Origin: an uncultured Holophagales bacterium | GTDB lineage: Bacteria; Acidobacteriota; Thermoanaerobaculia; Multivoradales; UBA5704 | Reading direction: 5' to 3' | Assembly (NCBI GenBank): GCA_963842525.1 | Contig: CAWJGT010000021.1 | Span: 41,187 to 105,186 of the forward strand | Length of the DNA stretch: 64,000 nucleotides | Shown: positions 30,631 through 39,551 of the stretch, in pieces | How the letters are laid out: each line of letters starts with the position of its first letter | How positions within the stretch are numbered: the stretch's first letter is position 1 | Notes under the pieces: model-generated | What the model saw: the letters and a program-made list of their open reading frames with translations, nothing else | Told to the model about the DNA's origin: nothing | The model's database searches: none | Translations under genes and position numbers: made by a program

Positions 30631-31107
30631 TCAAAGGTGGCCGTGCCGTCGCCGCCAGTACTCGCGGAACGACCGCAGCCGTGGTAGAGACTCGCGGTCT
30701 TTCGCGCGGCCGCTCGCTTCCTTGCTGGCGATGATGTCGTCGAGGTGGCAGACGGAGAAGCCTTCGACTTCGACCCGCCGCCGCCAGGCGTCTGCGAAAC
30801 GCTCGATGCCGTCGGGGGCGAAGACGAGGTCGAGGTCGAAAGGTCCGTTCTTGAGCTGCACGAAGTCCTTGCCGCGCTCGATTTGCGCCGCCTGCTCGTC
30901 GTCGAGGGCGAAACCCAACTCGCGCAGGGCGGCGACGATGGCCTGGCCGTTTTCGGGACTCTTTTCCACGAAGAGGTCGGCGTCCTGAGTGGTGTCGGGG
31001 AAGCCGAGCAGAATGGCGCCGGACTTGCCGAGGAAGAGATAGCGCACGCCGTGGCGGGCGAAAGCGTCACGGATCTCCTCGGCCTGCCGGTATTCAAACG
31101 CGCCCAT
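30631..31107 (-). CDS. Nucleotidyltransferase-fold protein (DUF6036/AbiEii-like)
   Basis: YLFLGKSGAILLG..TTQDADL motif and C-terminal IASKEASGRAKD. Confidence 0.7.
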   Translation of the reverse strand: MGAFEYRQAEEIRDAFARHGVRYLFLGKSGAILLGFPDTTQDADLFVEKSPENGQAIVAALRELGFALDDEQAAQIERGKDFVQLKNGPFDLDLVFAPDGIERFADAWRRRVEVEGFSVCHLDDIIASKEASGRAKDRESLPRLRSFREYWRRRHGHL

Positions 31108-31339
31108 ATCCCAGCCAGTCCGGCAGGTTCTGCTCGCACCAGCGGCGGTAATCGGCGGTGGTGTCGAAGGCGCGGAACGGCTCGTCGTCGAGCACCGGCT
31201 TGTAGGTGTGGATGAAGGCGTAGCGGAAGCGGGTCTGCAGCGGCCGGCGGGCAGCGGCCTCGAACTCGGCTAGCCACTCCGCCGGAATGTCGTCCTCTCG
31301 TGGCGTGGCGGCCCTCGGCTGCGCCGTCTCAGATCCCAT
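31094..31339 (-). CDS. Small hypothetical protein overlapping the nucleotidyltransferase (possible antitoxin)
   Basis: 81-aa ORF overlapping the downstream start; protein-like composition. Confidence 0.6.
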   Translation of the reverse strand: MGSETAQPRAATPREDDIPAEWLAEFEAAARRPLQTRFRYAFIHTYKPVLDDEPFRAFDTTADYRRWCEQNLPDWLGYGRV

Positions 31340-31415
31340 GGCCGATGATTATAGAGGAGCGATGCACTTTCCAAACACCTCAGAGGGTGTCTCAAAAGTC
31401 CCGTGGCGGCCGGCA

Positions 31416-31496
31416 GAGCCCTCTCCCCCGACCCCTCTCCCGCGCGTCCACCACCCCCCACCCCGAGCGGGAGAGGGGGCCAGGGGGAGAGGGCTC
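31416..31496. repeat. Palindromic REP-like element (ccctctcccc/ggagaggg family)
   Basis: gagccctctccccc...gggggagagggctc; shares ctctcccgcgcgtccaccacc...cccgagcgggagagggg with the 10885 copy. Confidence 0.8.
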
Positions 31497-32270
31497 ACAG
31501 CGGCGGCCCCCTCCACCAGCACTTCTCGGGATGGTCGGCCCCGAGGAGCGACTCGCGGATGGCGAGGGCGCGGTGGAAGATCGGCACGGCGTCGCCTTTG
31601 CCGGAGAGGTGCGCCAGCGAGCCGAGGCGGACGAGGGTCTCGGCGACCTCCACGTCCTCGGGGCCGCGGAGCCGCTCGCGGATCTGCAGGGCCTCCTGGA
31701 GCAGCGGCCGGGCCTCGTCATAGAGGCCGAGGCTGGTGTGGATGCCGCCGAGGGTATTCAGAAGCTGCGCTCGCAGGAGCGGCTGGTCGCGCAGCTCCTT
31801 GCCGAGGCGCTCGGCGCCGCGGTGCAGGATCTCGCGGACGTCAGGCGGCTCGCCGCGGGCCTGCCGCGGGTCTGAAGCCTGGAAGAGGTCCTCCAGGAAG
31901 TGTGCGGTGGCGTCGGCCCGCGCCGCCTCCAGCCGGGCGCGCCGCGCCTGGACCTGGGTGGTGACGAGGCCCGCCGCGAGCGCCAGGATCACCAGCGCCG
32001 CCGATGCCACCAGGCCCCGGTGCCGCCGCGCGAGCTCGCCGAGCTGGGTGAGCACGCCTTCGGCCGCGGGCAGCGGCACGGTGACCTCGATCTCGGTGCC
32101 GGCGCCAGGGGATGAGGCGATGCGGCACCGGCCGCCGAGCAGCTCCGTGCGTTCCTCGATGCTGGCGAGCCCCAGCCCGCCGGCCTGCCGTGCCGCGCCA
32201 GGATCGAAGCCGCCGCCGTTGTCCGCCACCACCAGGCGGGCCGCCGGCGGCGGTCCGCAGCGTCACCCGG
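31495..32270 (-). pseudogene. Chimeric remnant: HATPase_c C-terminus fused to the TM/TPR part of a Ser/Thr kinase
   Basis: VADNGGGFD..GLGLASIEER..SSPGAGTEI, then RRHR..TM..FLEDLFQASDP..TPR, truncated at a REP. Confidence 0.75.
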
Positions 32271-32323
32271 GCCGCCCTGGCGTTAGCCTTGACGGTTATA
32301 GCCAGTGTGGCTATAGTAGGGCC

Positions 32324-32680
32324 ATGAACGATCGCGAGCTCATCGAAAATCTCCTGCCGCTGCCACCGGCCACCTTCCACATCCTCCTCGCGCTCACCGA
32401 CGAAGAGCGCCACGGCTACGCCATCATCCAGGACGTCGAGGAACGCACCGGCGGCGAGCTGCGGCTGAGCGCCGGCACGCTCTACCGTTCGATCGCCCGC
32501 ATGGTGGAGCAGGGCCTCATCGCCGAGGTCGTCAAGCGGCGCCCGGTGGCCGATGACCAACGGCGGCGCTACTACCGCCTCACACCATTCGGCACCGCCG
32601 TCGCGCGCGCCGAGATGCGGCGCCTGTCCCAGCTCGTGCAGATGGCCCGCGCACGCGGGCTCAAACCCGAGACCACGTGA
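32324..32680 (+). CDS. PadR-family transcriptional regulator
   Basis: FHILLAL..RHGYAIIQ..AGTLYRSI..RRRYYRLT; start MNDREL. Confidence 0.9.
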   Translation: MNDRELIENLLPLPPATFHILLALTDEERHGYAIIQDVEERTGGELRLSAGTLYRSIARMVEQGLIAEVVKRRPVADDQRRRYYRLTPFGTAVARAEMRRLSQLVQMARARGLKPETT

Positions 32681-35256
32681 TGCGCCTCTACCGCACGTTG
32701 TTACATCTCTATCCTTCGTCCTTCTGGGCCGAGTATCGCGAGGAGCTGTGCCATGCCTTCGCCGAGCGGACCCGCGGGCTCTCCGGCCCCTTCGCCTCGC
32801 TGATGATCTTTCTGGCGGCGCTCACGGATGTGATTCCCAATGCGATCGCGGCGCATTGGGATGTCCTGCGGCAGGACCTCCGCTATGCCGCGCGATCCTT
32901 GCGGCGCACGCCGGGCTTTGCGCTCACTGCCGTTCTCGTCGTCGCGCTCGGTGTCGGCGCCAACACGGCAGTGTTCTCGCTCGCGGACTTCGTCCTCGTG
33001 CGGCCTCTTCCGTACCGGGACGCGGACCGGCTGGTGAAGCTCTGGCAGCACACGCCGGGGTACGAGACGATGGAGCCGTCGCCGGGAAACTATCGCGATT
33101 GGAAAGCGATGACGACGTCGTTCTCGGAAATGGGGGCCTATGCGGGAGGGGAGGTGAACCTCGTGGGCGCCGGCGAGCCGAGGCGCATCGATGTCCTGGC
33201 CGCCACGCATGAGGTGTTGCCGATGTTGGGCGTCTCTCCGTCAATCGGCCGCATTTTTACGGCGCAGGACGCGGAAAACACTCTCCTGCTCAGTCATGCG
33301 CTCTGGCAGTCGCAGCTCGGCGGCGACCCCAAGATCATAGGGACCACCGTTCGCCTCGACGGCATGCCGTATACCGTGCTCGGCGTGATGCCGGCTTCTT
33401 TTCAGTTTCCGAGCCGTGACATAGCGGCGTGGAGGCCGCTCGTGTTCGTCGAGGACGATTACACCGAGCGTGACAACAATTACCTCGAAGTCCTGGCGCG
33501 GCTGCGGCCAGGGGTCTCCAAAGAGCAGGCGTTCAGGGAGCTTTCCGTCGTAAGCGCCCGCCTGGAGCGGCAATATCCCAAGTACAACAAGGATGTCGGT
33601 GCGAACGTGCTCGGGTTGCGCGATGACCTGTCGGAGCGCTCGCGGCTGCTTGTCCTGGCGCTCTGCGGCGCCGCGCTCTGCATCCTGTTCCTGGCGTGCG
33701 CCAACCTCGCGAGCCTCTTCCTGGCTCGCGGCACGCACCGGGCGCGCGAGCTGGCGGTCCGTGCCGCGCTCGGTGCGGGACGCGAGCGGCTGGTGCGGCA
33801 ACTGGTGACCGAAAGCCTGGGCATCGCCATCTTGGGAGGCGTCGTGGGGATCGCTGCCGCCGTCCTGGGCCTTCCCCTTCTCGCCCGGCTCGTGCCGAAC
33901 GAGCTCCCCATCGCCGAGCGTGCGACGCTGGACCTGCGCGTGCTCGCGCTGGCCGTGGGATTCATGCTGCTCACCGGTCTTGCGTTCGGCCTCGCGCCCG
34001 CGTTGCGTGCGGGGCGGAGCAACGCTCTCGACGCGTTGCGCAATGGAACACGTGCCGGCGGAGGACAGACTCAACGGGTGCGCGCGGCGCTCGTCGTGGT
34101 CGAGGTCGCGGCGTCCGTCGTGCTGCTGATCACGTCCGGCCTCTTGATCCGCGCGGTCTGGCGGATCCAGTCGACCGATCCAGGGTTCATTGCGGATAAC
34201 GTGCTCACGATGAGGACCGCGCTTCCCGTCAGCAAATATGACTCACCCGCGAAACGTGAGCAGTACTTCCAGCACGTTCTCGAAGAGCTGAGCGCGTTGC
34301 CCGGTGTGCAGGGCGCCGCTTTCGCGACGGGGCTGCCGCTGGCGACGCGCGGCCGTATCTGGCCGGTGTCGCTTGCGGGCGAGGAGGTGGTGCGGGGGAG
34401 CGAAAACACGGTGAGCCTGCGTTTTGTGACACTGCACTATTTCGAGACGCTCAGGATTCCGCTGCGCCGTGGCCGCGACGTGGCGGAGAGCGATACCGAC
34501 GGACAACCGATGGTGGCCGTCGTGAGCGAGTCGTTCGTCCAGCGACACTGGCCAAACCAGGATCCGCTCGGCAAGCGGTTCAACGTTGCGTTCAGCGAGC
34601 GCACGGTCGTAGGTGTGGTGGGGAACGTGCTGGTGCGCGGGCTGGAGCGGCAGAGCGAGCCCCAGGTGTATCTGCCGTACCAGCAGCAGGGCGAGAGCCT
34701 GCTCGGCTACATCCCGCAGGACCTCGCGCTGCGGACCGCCGGCACCTTGGATGCGGGTACGCTCCTGCCGCGGATTCGCGAGATCATCAAGGCGACGGAC
34801 GCGGAGCAGCCGGTCTCAAATATTCAGACGATGGAAGCGATCGTCGCGGAGGACACGGCCTCGCGCGTGACGCAGCTCCGTCTCCTTGGCGCACTCTCGG
34901 CGATCGCTCTACTGATCGCGGGGCTCGGCATTCATGGGCTGCTCACCTTCACCGTGTCGAAACGGTCCCAGGAGCTGGGCGTGCGGCGGGCGCTCGGAGC
35001 GCAGGACCGCGAAATCATCGGATTGGTGCTGCGCGAAGGGCTGGTGCTCGCGCTGATCGGCATCACGATTGGCGTCGCCGTGGCCTGGGCCGCCGCGAGA
35101 GGGATGGGCGCGCTGCTTTTTGGGGTGCGTCCCGAAGATCCGCTCACGATCGCCGTCGCCACGGCGCTATGCCTCGCCACCGCCGTGGTGGGGTGCCTGC
35201 GTCCTGCAATGCGTGCCGTGCAAGTCGACCCGCTGTCGGCGTTGCGCGCGGAGTAA
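32677..35256 (+). CDS. Duplicated MacB/FtsX-type ABC permease (acidobacterial orphan permease type)
   Basis: QDLRYAARSL..PGF, LACANLASL..RARELAVRAALGA, second half QELGVRRALGA, VDPLSALRAE. Confidence 0.95.
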   Translation: MMRLYRTLLHLYPSSFWAEYREELCHAFAERTRGLSGPFASLMIFLAALTDVIPNAIAAHWDVLRQDLRYAARSLRRTPGFALTAVLVVALGVGANTAVFSLADFVLVRPLPYRDADRLVKLWQHTPGYETMEPSPGNYRDWKAMTTSFSEMGAYAGGEVNLVGAGEPRRIDVLAATHEVLPMLGVSPSIGRIFTAQDAENTLLLSHALWQSQLGGDPKIIGTTVRLDGMPYTVLGVMPASFQFPSRDIAAWRPLVFVEDDYTERDNNYLEVLARLRPGVSKEQAFRELSVVSARLERQYPKYNKDVGANVLGLRDDLSERSRLLVLALCGAALCILFLACANLASLFLARGTHRARELAVRAALGAGRERLVRQLVTESLGIAILGGVVGIAAAVLGLPLLARLVPNELPIAERATLDLRVLALAVGFMLLTGLAFGLAPALRAGRSNALDALRNGTRAGGGQTQRVRAALVVVEVAASVVLLITSGLLIRAVWRIQSTDPGFIADNVLTMRTALPVSKYDSPAKREQYFQHVLEELSALPGVQGAAFATGLPLATRGRIWPVSLAGEEVVRGSENTVSLRFVTLHYFETLRIPLRRGRDVAESDTDGQPMVAVVSESFVQRHWPNQDPLGKRFNVAFSERTVVGVVGNVLVRGLERQSEPQVYLPYQQQGESLLGYIPQDLALRTAGTLDAGTLLPRIREIIKATDAEQPVSNIQTMEAIVAEDTASRVTQLRLLGALSAIALLIAGLGIHGLLTFTVSKRSQELGVRRALGAQDREIIGLVLREGLVLALIGITIGVAVAWAAARGMGALLFGVRPEDPLTIAVATALCLATAVVGCLRPAMRAVQVDPLSALRAE

Positions 35257-37161
35257 GTGATGACCAGGATCAGAGCAACATGGATCTCTTTCCTCCTGAT
35301 TTTCGCGGCCCTTTCTGTTGAAGCGGACGGGCTGGAGGGCCTTTGGAAAGCAAAGCGGTGGTTCGGGCCCTTTGCTCGCGGCCCATTGGTCATGCAGCGG
35401 ACCGGGACGACGTACACCGCCGAGATGATCGGACGGATTGTGCCCGTCCGCCAGGACAAGAACGAGCTGTCCTTCGACCTGCCGAACGGCCAGGGATCGT
35501 TTCGTGGCAAGCTGCAGGCCGGAGGCGCCATTGTCGGTCAATGGTATCCGCCGGATGCTCTTGGGATGGTCTTCAAGTATGTGTCTCCTGTCCATCTGAA
35601 GCCGGACGGTCCGGACCGGTGGAGCGGACAGGTGGCCCCCTTCGAGGACACGTTCACGTTCTATCTGATGCTACAGAAGCGGCCGGACGGGTCGCTGGGA
35701 GCATTTCTTCGCAATCCGGAGCGCGACTGGGGCGCCCAGATCGGAGTCGAGCGGCTCACCCGCGACGGCAATGTCGTGAAGCTCCTCGGCAAGCGTCCGG
35801 GTCAGACGGAGGAACGTGAGCTGGTCAGCGGGACCTACGATGCCGACCGTGAGGTGATCACCCTGACGTTCCCGTCTCGCGGCGGGACCTACGACTTCCG
35901 CCGCGACGACGAGCAGAGCGATTTCTATCCGCGAGGCAAGAACCCGGGCCGCTATGAGTATCATCCGCCGCTGGCCCGCGACGACGGCTGGCCCACGGGG
36001 ACCCTGGAAGAAGCGGACATCGATCGCGCGGGCATCGAGAGCTTCATCCAGAGGATCCTCGAGACACCGATGGAGTCGGTGGACAGCCCCGAGATCCACG
36101 GCATCCTGATCGCTCGGCATGGCAAGCTGGTGCTGGAGGAATACTTCCACGGCGAGCAACGCGACAAACTGCACGAAACGCGATCGGCGGCCAAGAGCCT
36201 CACGGCGACCCTCATCGGCGCCGCGATCCAGGACGGCGCACCGCTGAAGCTGTCGACGCCGGTCTACGAAATCATGAACGGTGGAGCCTTCCCCCCGGAC
36301 CTGGAGCCGCAGAAGCGGGCCATGACCCTGGAGCACCTCCTGACTATGTCGTCCGGGTACTTCTGCGACGACACCAACCCGGACGCGCCCGGCAACGAAG
36401 AAAACATGCTCGATCAGACCGACGAGCCGGACTACTACCGCTATACGCTGAAAGTCCCGATGGCTTCGGTGCCTGGCGAAAAGGCCGTCTATTGCAGCAT
36501 CAACCCGAACCTCGCCCTCGGGGTCCTGAGCCGGGCGACAGGTGAATCCCCGATGGCCACGTTCGACCGCCTGCTCGGGGTCCCGATGAAGATCCATCGC
36601 TACGGATGGATTCTGGATCCCGCGGGGAACCCGTATGGCGGTGGCGCCGTGCAGCTCCTGCCGCGCGATTTTATGAAGCTCGGACAGCTCATGCTCAACG
36701 GAGGGACCTGGGAAGGACGCAGGATTCTCAGCCGCGAATTCGTGGCCCGAGCGTCCTCGCCTCTATACCACCTGCGTAATGTCGTTTACGGATATCTCTG
36801 GTGGGGGATCGACTATCCGTACAAGGACCGCACCGTGCACGCCTTCTACGCCGGGGGCGCCGGCGGTCAAGGGGTCATGGTGATCCCGGATCTCGACCTC
36901 GTCATCGCCACCTACGCGGGCAACTACAGCAGCAGAAGCGCCGCGATCAACACGCAACAGAACCTCACTCCCAGGTACATCCTGCCGGCCGTGCGCGAGC
37001 AGGGCGACGACAAGAGCGCGCCCGTCGTTCCACGGGAAGACTACGTCACCCCGTACGGCCGATCGCCTGTGTCGGGGCCGGTCTCGGGAGCTACGGATGT
37101 TTCAGGAGCCGGTCCCGGTCGAGAACCTCGCCGTTCAGGATCACCAGACGGATCTTCTTGA
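35257..37161 (+). CDS. Secreted serine hydrolase, beta-lactamase family
   Basis: Signal peptide; SxxK (RSAAKS), HLLTMSSG, YCS, PRDFMKLG, YGYLWW. Confidence 0.9.
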   Translation: MMTRIRATWISFLLIFAALSVEADGLEGLWKAKRWFGPFARGPLVMQRTGTTYTAEMIGRIVPVRQDKNELSFDLPNGQGSFRGKLQAGGAIVGQWYPPDALGMVFKYVSPVHLKPDGPDRWSGQVAPFEDTFTFYLMLQKRPDGSLGAFLRNPERDWGAQIGVERLTRDGNVVKLLGKRPGQTEERELVSGTYDADREVITLTFPSRGGTYDFRRDDEQSDFYPRGKNPGRYEYHPPLARDDGWPTGTLEEADIDRAGIESFIQRILETPMESVDSPEIHGILIARHGKLVLEEYFHGEQRDKLHETRSAAKSLTATLIGAAIQDGAPLKLSTPVYEIMNGGAFPPDLEPQKRAMTLEHLLTMSSGYFCDDTNPDAPGNEENMLDQTDEPDYYRYTLKVPMASVPGEKAVYCSINPNLALGVLSRATGESPMATFDRLLGVPMKIHRYGWILDPAGNPYGGGAVQLLPRDFMKLGQLMLNGGTWEGRRILSREFVARASSPLYHLRNVVYGYLWWGIDYPYKDRTVHAFYAGGAGGQGVMVIPDLDLVIATYAGNYSSRSAAINTQQNLTPRYILPAVREQGDDKSAPVVPREDYVTPYGRSPVSGPVSGATDVSGAGPGREPRRSGSPDGSS

Positions 37162-38464
37162 GATTACCGACGTCCTGGACGGGGTCCGCGTCGAGCACCA
37201 GGAGGTCCGCGTTGTAACCGGCTTTCACTTGACCCACGGTGCTCCAACCGAAGAGCTCGCCGAAGTTGCTGGTCGCCGCCGCCAGCGCCTGGCGCGGAGT
37301 CAGCCCGATGCGCGTCAACAGCTCGAGCTCGGTGTGGAGTGAAATTCCGGGCATCGTGCCGAAGGCATCGGCTCCACTGCCGGCCACGAATTTCGCTCCC
37401 GCCTTCCGATACTGCTCATCGAGCATCAGCATCGCCTGAGGCACACCGGGAGGGAAGCCGTCCATCGGATTGCTGGTCGGATCCGGGTTGTCGCGCTCGC
37501 CGGTCGCCGGATTGGCAGGCAGGTGGATGTCCTTCGGATCGAGAATCGCTGCGATCGGCTCCTTCCAGGGATTTTTATGGCCCGGCATCTCCAGGTACAT
37601 CATGCTCGCCGTGGGAATGAGGCCCACCCGGCCAGACGCAAGCACCGCGGCATGCCGTTGCAGGGCCGGATCGCTCGGGCTCAGGCTCACCAGATACTTG
37701 TAAAACTTGATTCTGGGCGGACCGAAAGGAGCGTTGGCCACCTCCTGGCGCAGCTCAGGAGGCGTCACATCCAGCGAATAGCGGCTGGTGTGGACGAAGG
37801 CATTCACACCGGCCTGAACGCCCTCGGCATAGGTGGTCGCTCCAAACTCGCCGATCGTCGCCATGCCGAGCTCACGGGCGCGGCGGGCCGTCACGCGCAC
37901 CTGCTCGGGGGTCATGCCGTAGTGGAGAAGCAGCGCCCTGGCTCCGCCCCGGGCCACAGCATCGATCTGCTGGATCAATTCAGGCTCTGACGTCGAAGCG
38001 GTATGACTCCATTGCCAATCGAGCCTGTAGATCCGGGGGCTGGGCTGCGCATCGACGAAGAGAGGGCCGCGCCGTCCGCCCGGCGGCTCACCCAGCCCGA
38101 TGATTGAGGTCACGCCCATGTACAGATGGGCGTTGGCCTGGGCCTGGTTGTTCAATGCGGAAAACGCATCGTTCAGCCCAGGGACGATATACTTGCCGGA
38201 TACATCGGTCACCGTTGCCCCGGCAGGGATTCGCACCTCCTTTCGCGGACCGGCGGCAACGATCTGGCCACCGCTGATGACCACGACCGAGTCTTTGATG
38301 TCGGACGTCGAGCTTCCGAAGCCCGAGACATCGACGAGGGTGCCTCCTGCGAGGACCAGGGTGCGTGGCGGCTCGGCCGTCTGAGCCTTCGCGCCCGGAT
38401 CCTGCGCGGCAACGGTGCTGCCGGCGAGCAAGAGCAGGGCAAGAGCGGAGAGTCGTATTCTCAT
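37091..38464 (-). CDS. Secreted amidohydrolase-family protein
   Basis: Start MRIRLS; DVSGKYIVPGLND, AGSGAD, GQVKAGYNADLLVLDADP; the usual HxH reads DAFSA, so metal binding may be atypical. Confidence 0.85.
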   Translation of the reverse strand: MRIRLSALALLLLAGSTVAAQDPGAKAQTAEPPRTLVLAGGTLVDVSGFGSSTSDIKDSVVVISGGQIVAAGPRKEVRIPAGATVTDVSGKYIVPGLNDAFSALNNQAQANAHLYMGVTSIIGLGEPPGGRRGPLFVDAQPSPRIYRLDWQWSHTASTSEPELIQQIDAVARGGARALLLHYGMTPEQVRVTARRARELGMATIGEFGATTYAEGVQAGVNAFVHTSRYSLDVTPPELRQEVANAPFGPPRIKFYKYLVSLSPSDPALQRHAAVLASGRVGLIPTASMMYLEMPGHKNPWKEPIAAILDPKDIHLPANPATGERDNPDPTSNPMDGFPPGVPQAMLMLDEQYRKAGAKFVAGSGADAFGTMPGISLHTELELLTRIGLTPRQALAAATSNFGELFGWSTVGQVKAGYNADLLVLDADPVQDVGNLKKIRLVILNGEVLDRDRLLKHP

Positions 38465-38513
38465 GGATGGTTCTCCCCTGGACTTTCTCTGCTTGAGCCG
38501 TCGCGGTAAAGAT

Positions 38514-38885
38514 TCAGGGCAGCAGCACCGGCCGGTCAATGCTACGGAAGTCGCTGTCTACCGCGAGGATGGGGCAATCTTCCACTGTGGCCAGAGCATA
38601 GGCGAAGCAGTCACCGAGATTGAGCGGCAGCCGGAGTCGGGCCTCTGCGGCGATCTGAGCCTGGCGAACATCGGGAGGGATGAAGAGTATGCCGCTGCTC
38701 AGCAACTCGGCCTCCATCTTGTCGTAGAGCTGCGGCTGTAGGTCGCGAATCCGGATCAGCGCCTCTGTGAGATTGACCGTGCTCATCCGCAAGTCGGCCG
38801 CATGTTCCTCCATCTGGGCCACAGCCCACTCCGCGTGAGGTTCCGCAAAGAAGATCGCGAGCAGGGCCGAGGTATCGACCACCAT
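38514..38885 (-). CDS. vapC: VapC PIN-domain toxin
   Basis: MVVDTSALLAI, STVNLTE, LNLGDCFAYALA, DSDF. Confidence 0.9.
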   Translation of the reverse strand: MVVDTSALLAIFFAEPHAEWAVAQMEEHAADLRMSTVNLTEALIRIRDLQPQLYDKMEAELLSSGILFIPPDVRQAQIAAEARLRLPLNLGDCFAYALATVEDCPILAVDSDFRSIDRPVLLP

Positions 38886-38887
38886 GA

Positions 38888-39124
38888 TCAACCCCAGAGG
38901 TCGGCGTCCGAGCGGAACCTCGGCTTCGGATTCACTGGGGTTTGTCGGCCCAGGCCCAGCCAACTCGAGAAGTCTGCGGGCGACCGGCGTCGGCGCTCGC
39001 GCTCTGCGGTCTCCAAGACTGCCAACCGGACCGCCTCAGACTTGGTGCGCAGCTGACGCAACCTCATCAACTCGTCCAAGGCTTCCTCGAATTCAGGTGT
39101 CAGATGGAGATTGAGCTGGGGCAT
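38888..39124 (-). CDS. Probable VapB-type (RHH) antitoxin
   Basis: MPQLNLHL..FEEALDELMRL..TKSEAVRLAV directly upstream of vapC; RBS aggagg. Confidence 0.75.
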   Translation of the reverse strand: MPQLNLHLTPEFEEALDELMRLRQLRTKSEAVRLAVLETAERERRRRSPADFSSWLGLGRQTPVNPKPRFRSDADLWG

Positions 39125-39209
39125 GGGGCTCCTCCTGTACAGAATATATACAGAACTCGCCGGCCTCGTCAATGGAGCCTGCCGCACCCCAGGCCCTTCC
39201 TCCCACCCC

Positions 39210-39510
39210 CTATGGATACTTCGGATACGCCGCTCTCTTCGGCGTCCACTTCTTCGCCTTCGGGATCTCCGCGAGCACGGCCTTGACGGCGGCTTCGAGC
39301 TGCGGATCGCGGCCGGCCTGGAAGGATTCGGCGTCCCATTCGATCTCTAGGTCCTGGTGGATGCCTTCGTTTTCGATGCCCCAGGTGCCGTTCGGGTCGT
39401 AGGAGGCGCGGTTGGGGATGGTGATCTGGCCGCCGTCGATCAGGTCGGGACCGAAAAGGGCTCCGCCGATGCCGCCGCCGCCGGTGCCGACGACGCCGCA
39501 GGGCCATCGC
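39210..39510 (-). pseudogene. C-terminal fragment of a tricorn-like S41 protease
   Basis: LIDGGQITIP..WGIENEGI..DLEIE..GRDPQLEAAV. Confidence 0.75.
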
Positions 39511-39551
39511 CATCCGCCGCAGGTCCGGCTTGCCATGCCGCAGGTCGGCCC

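Noticed and set aside
31383-31402. gagggtgtctcaaaagtccc as an IS terminal repeat
   Set aside because: No matching second end or transposase found in the window
32324-37161. PadR - duplicated permease - serine hydrolase cluster as a novel system
   Set aside because: PadR plus orphan permease is a well-known, highly repeated acidobacterial arrangement
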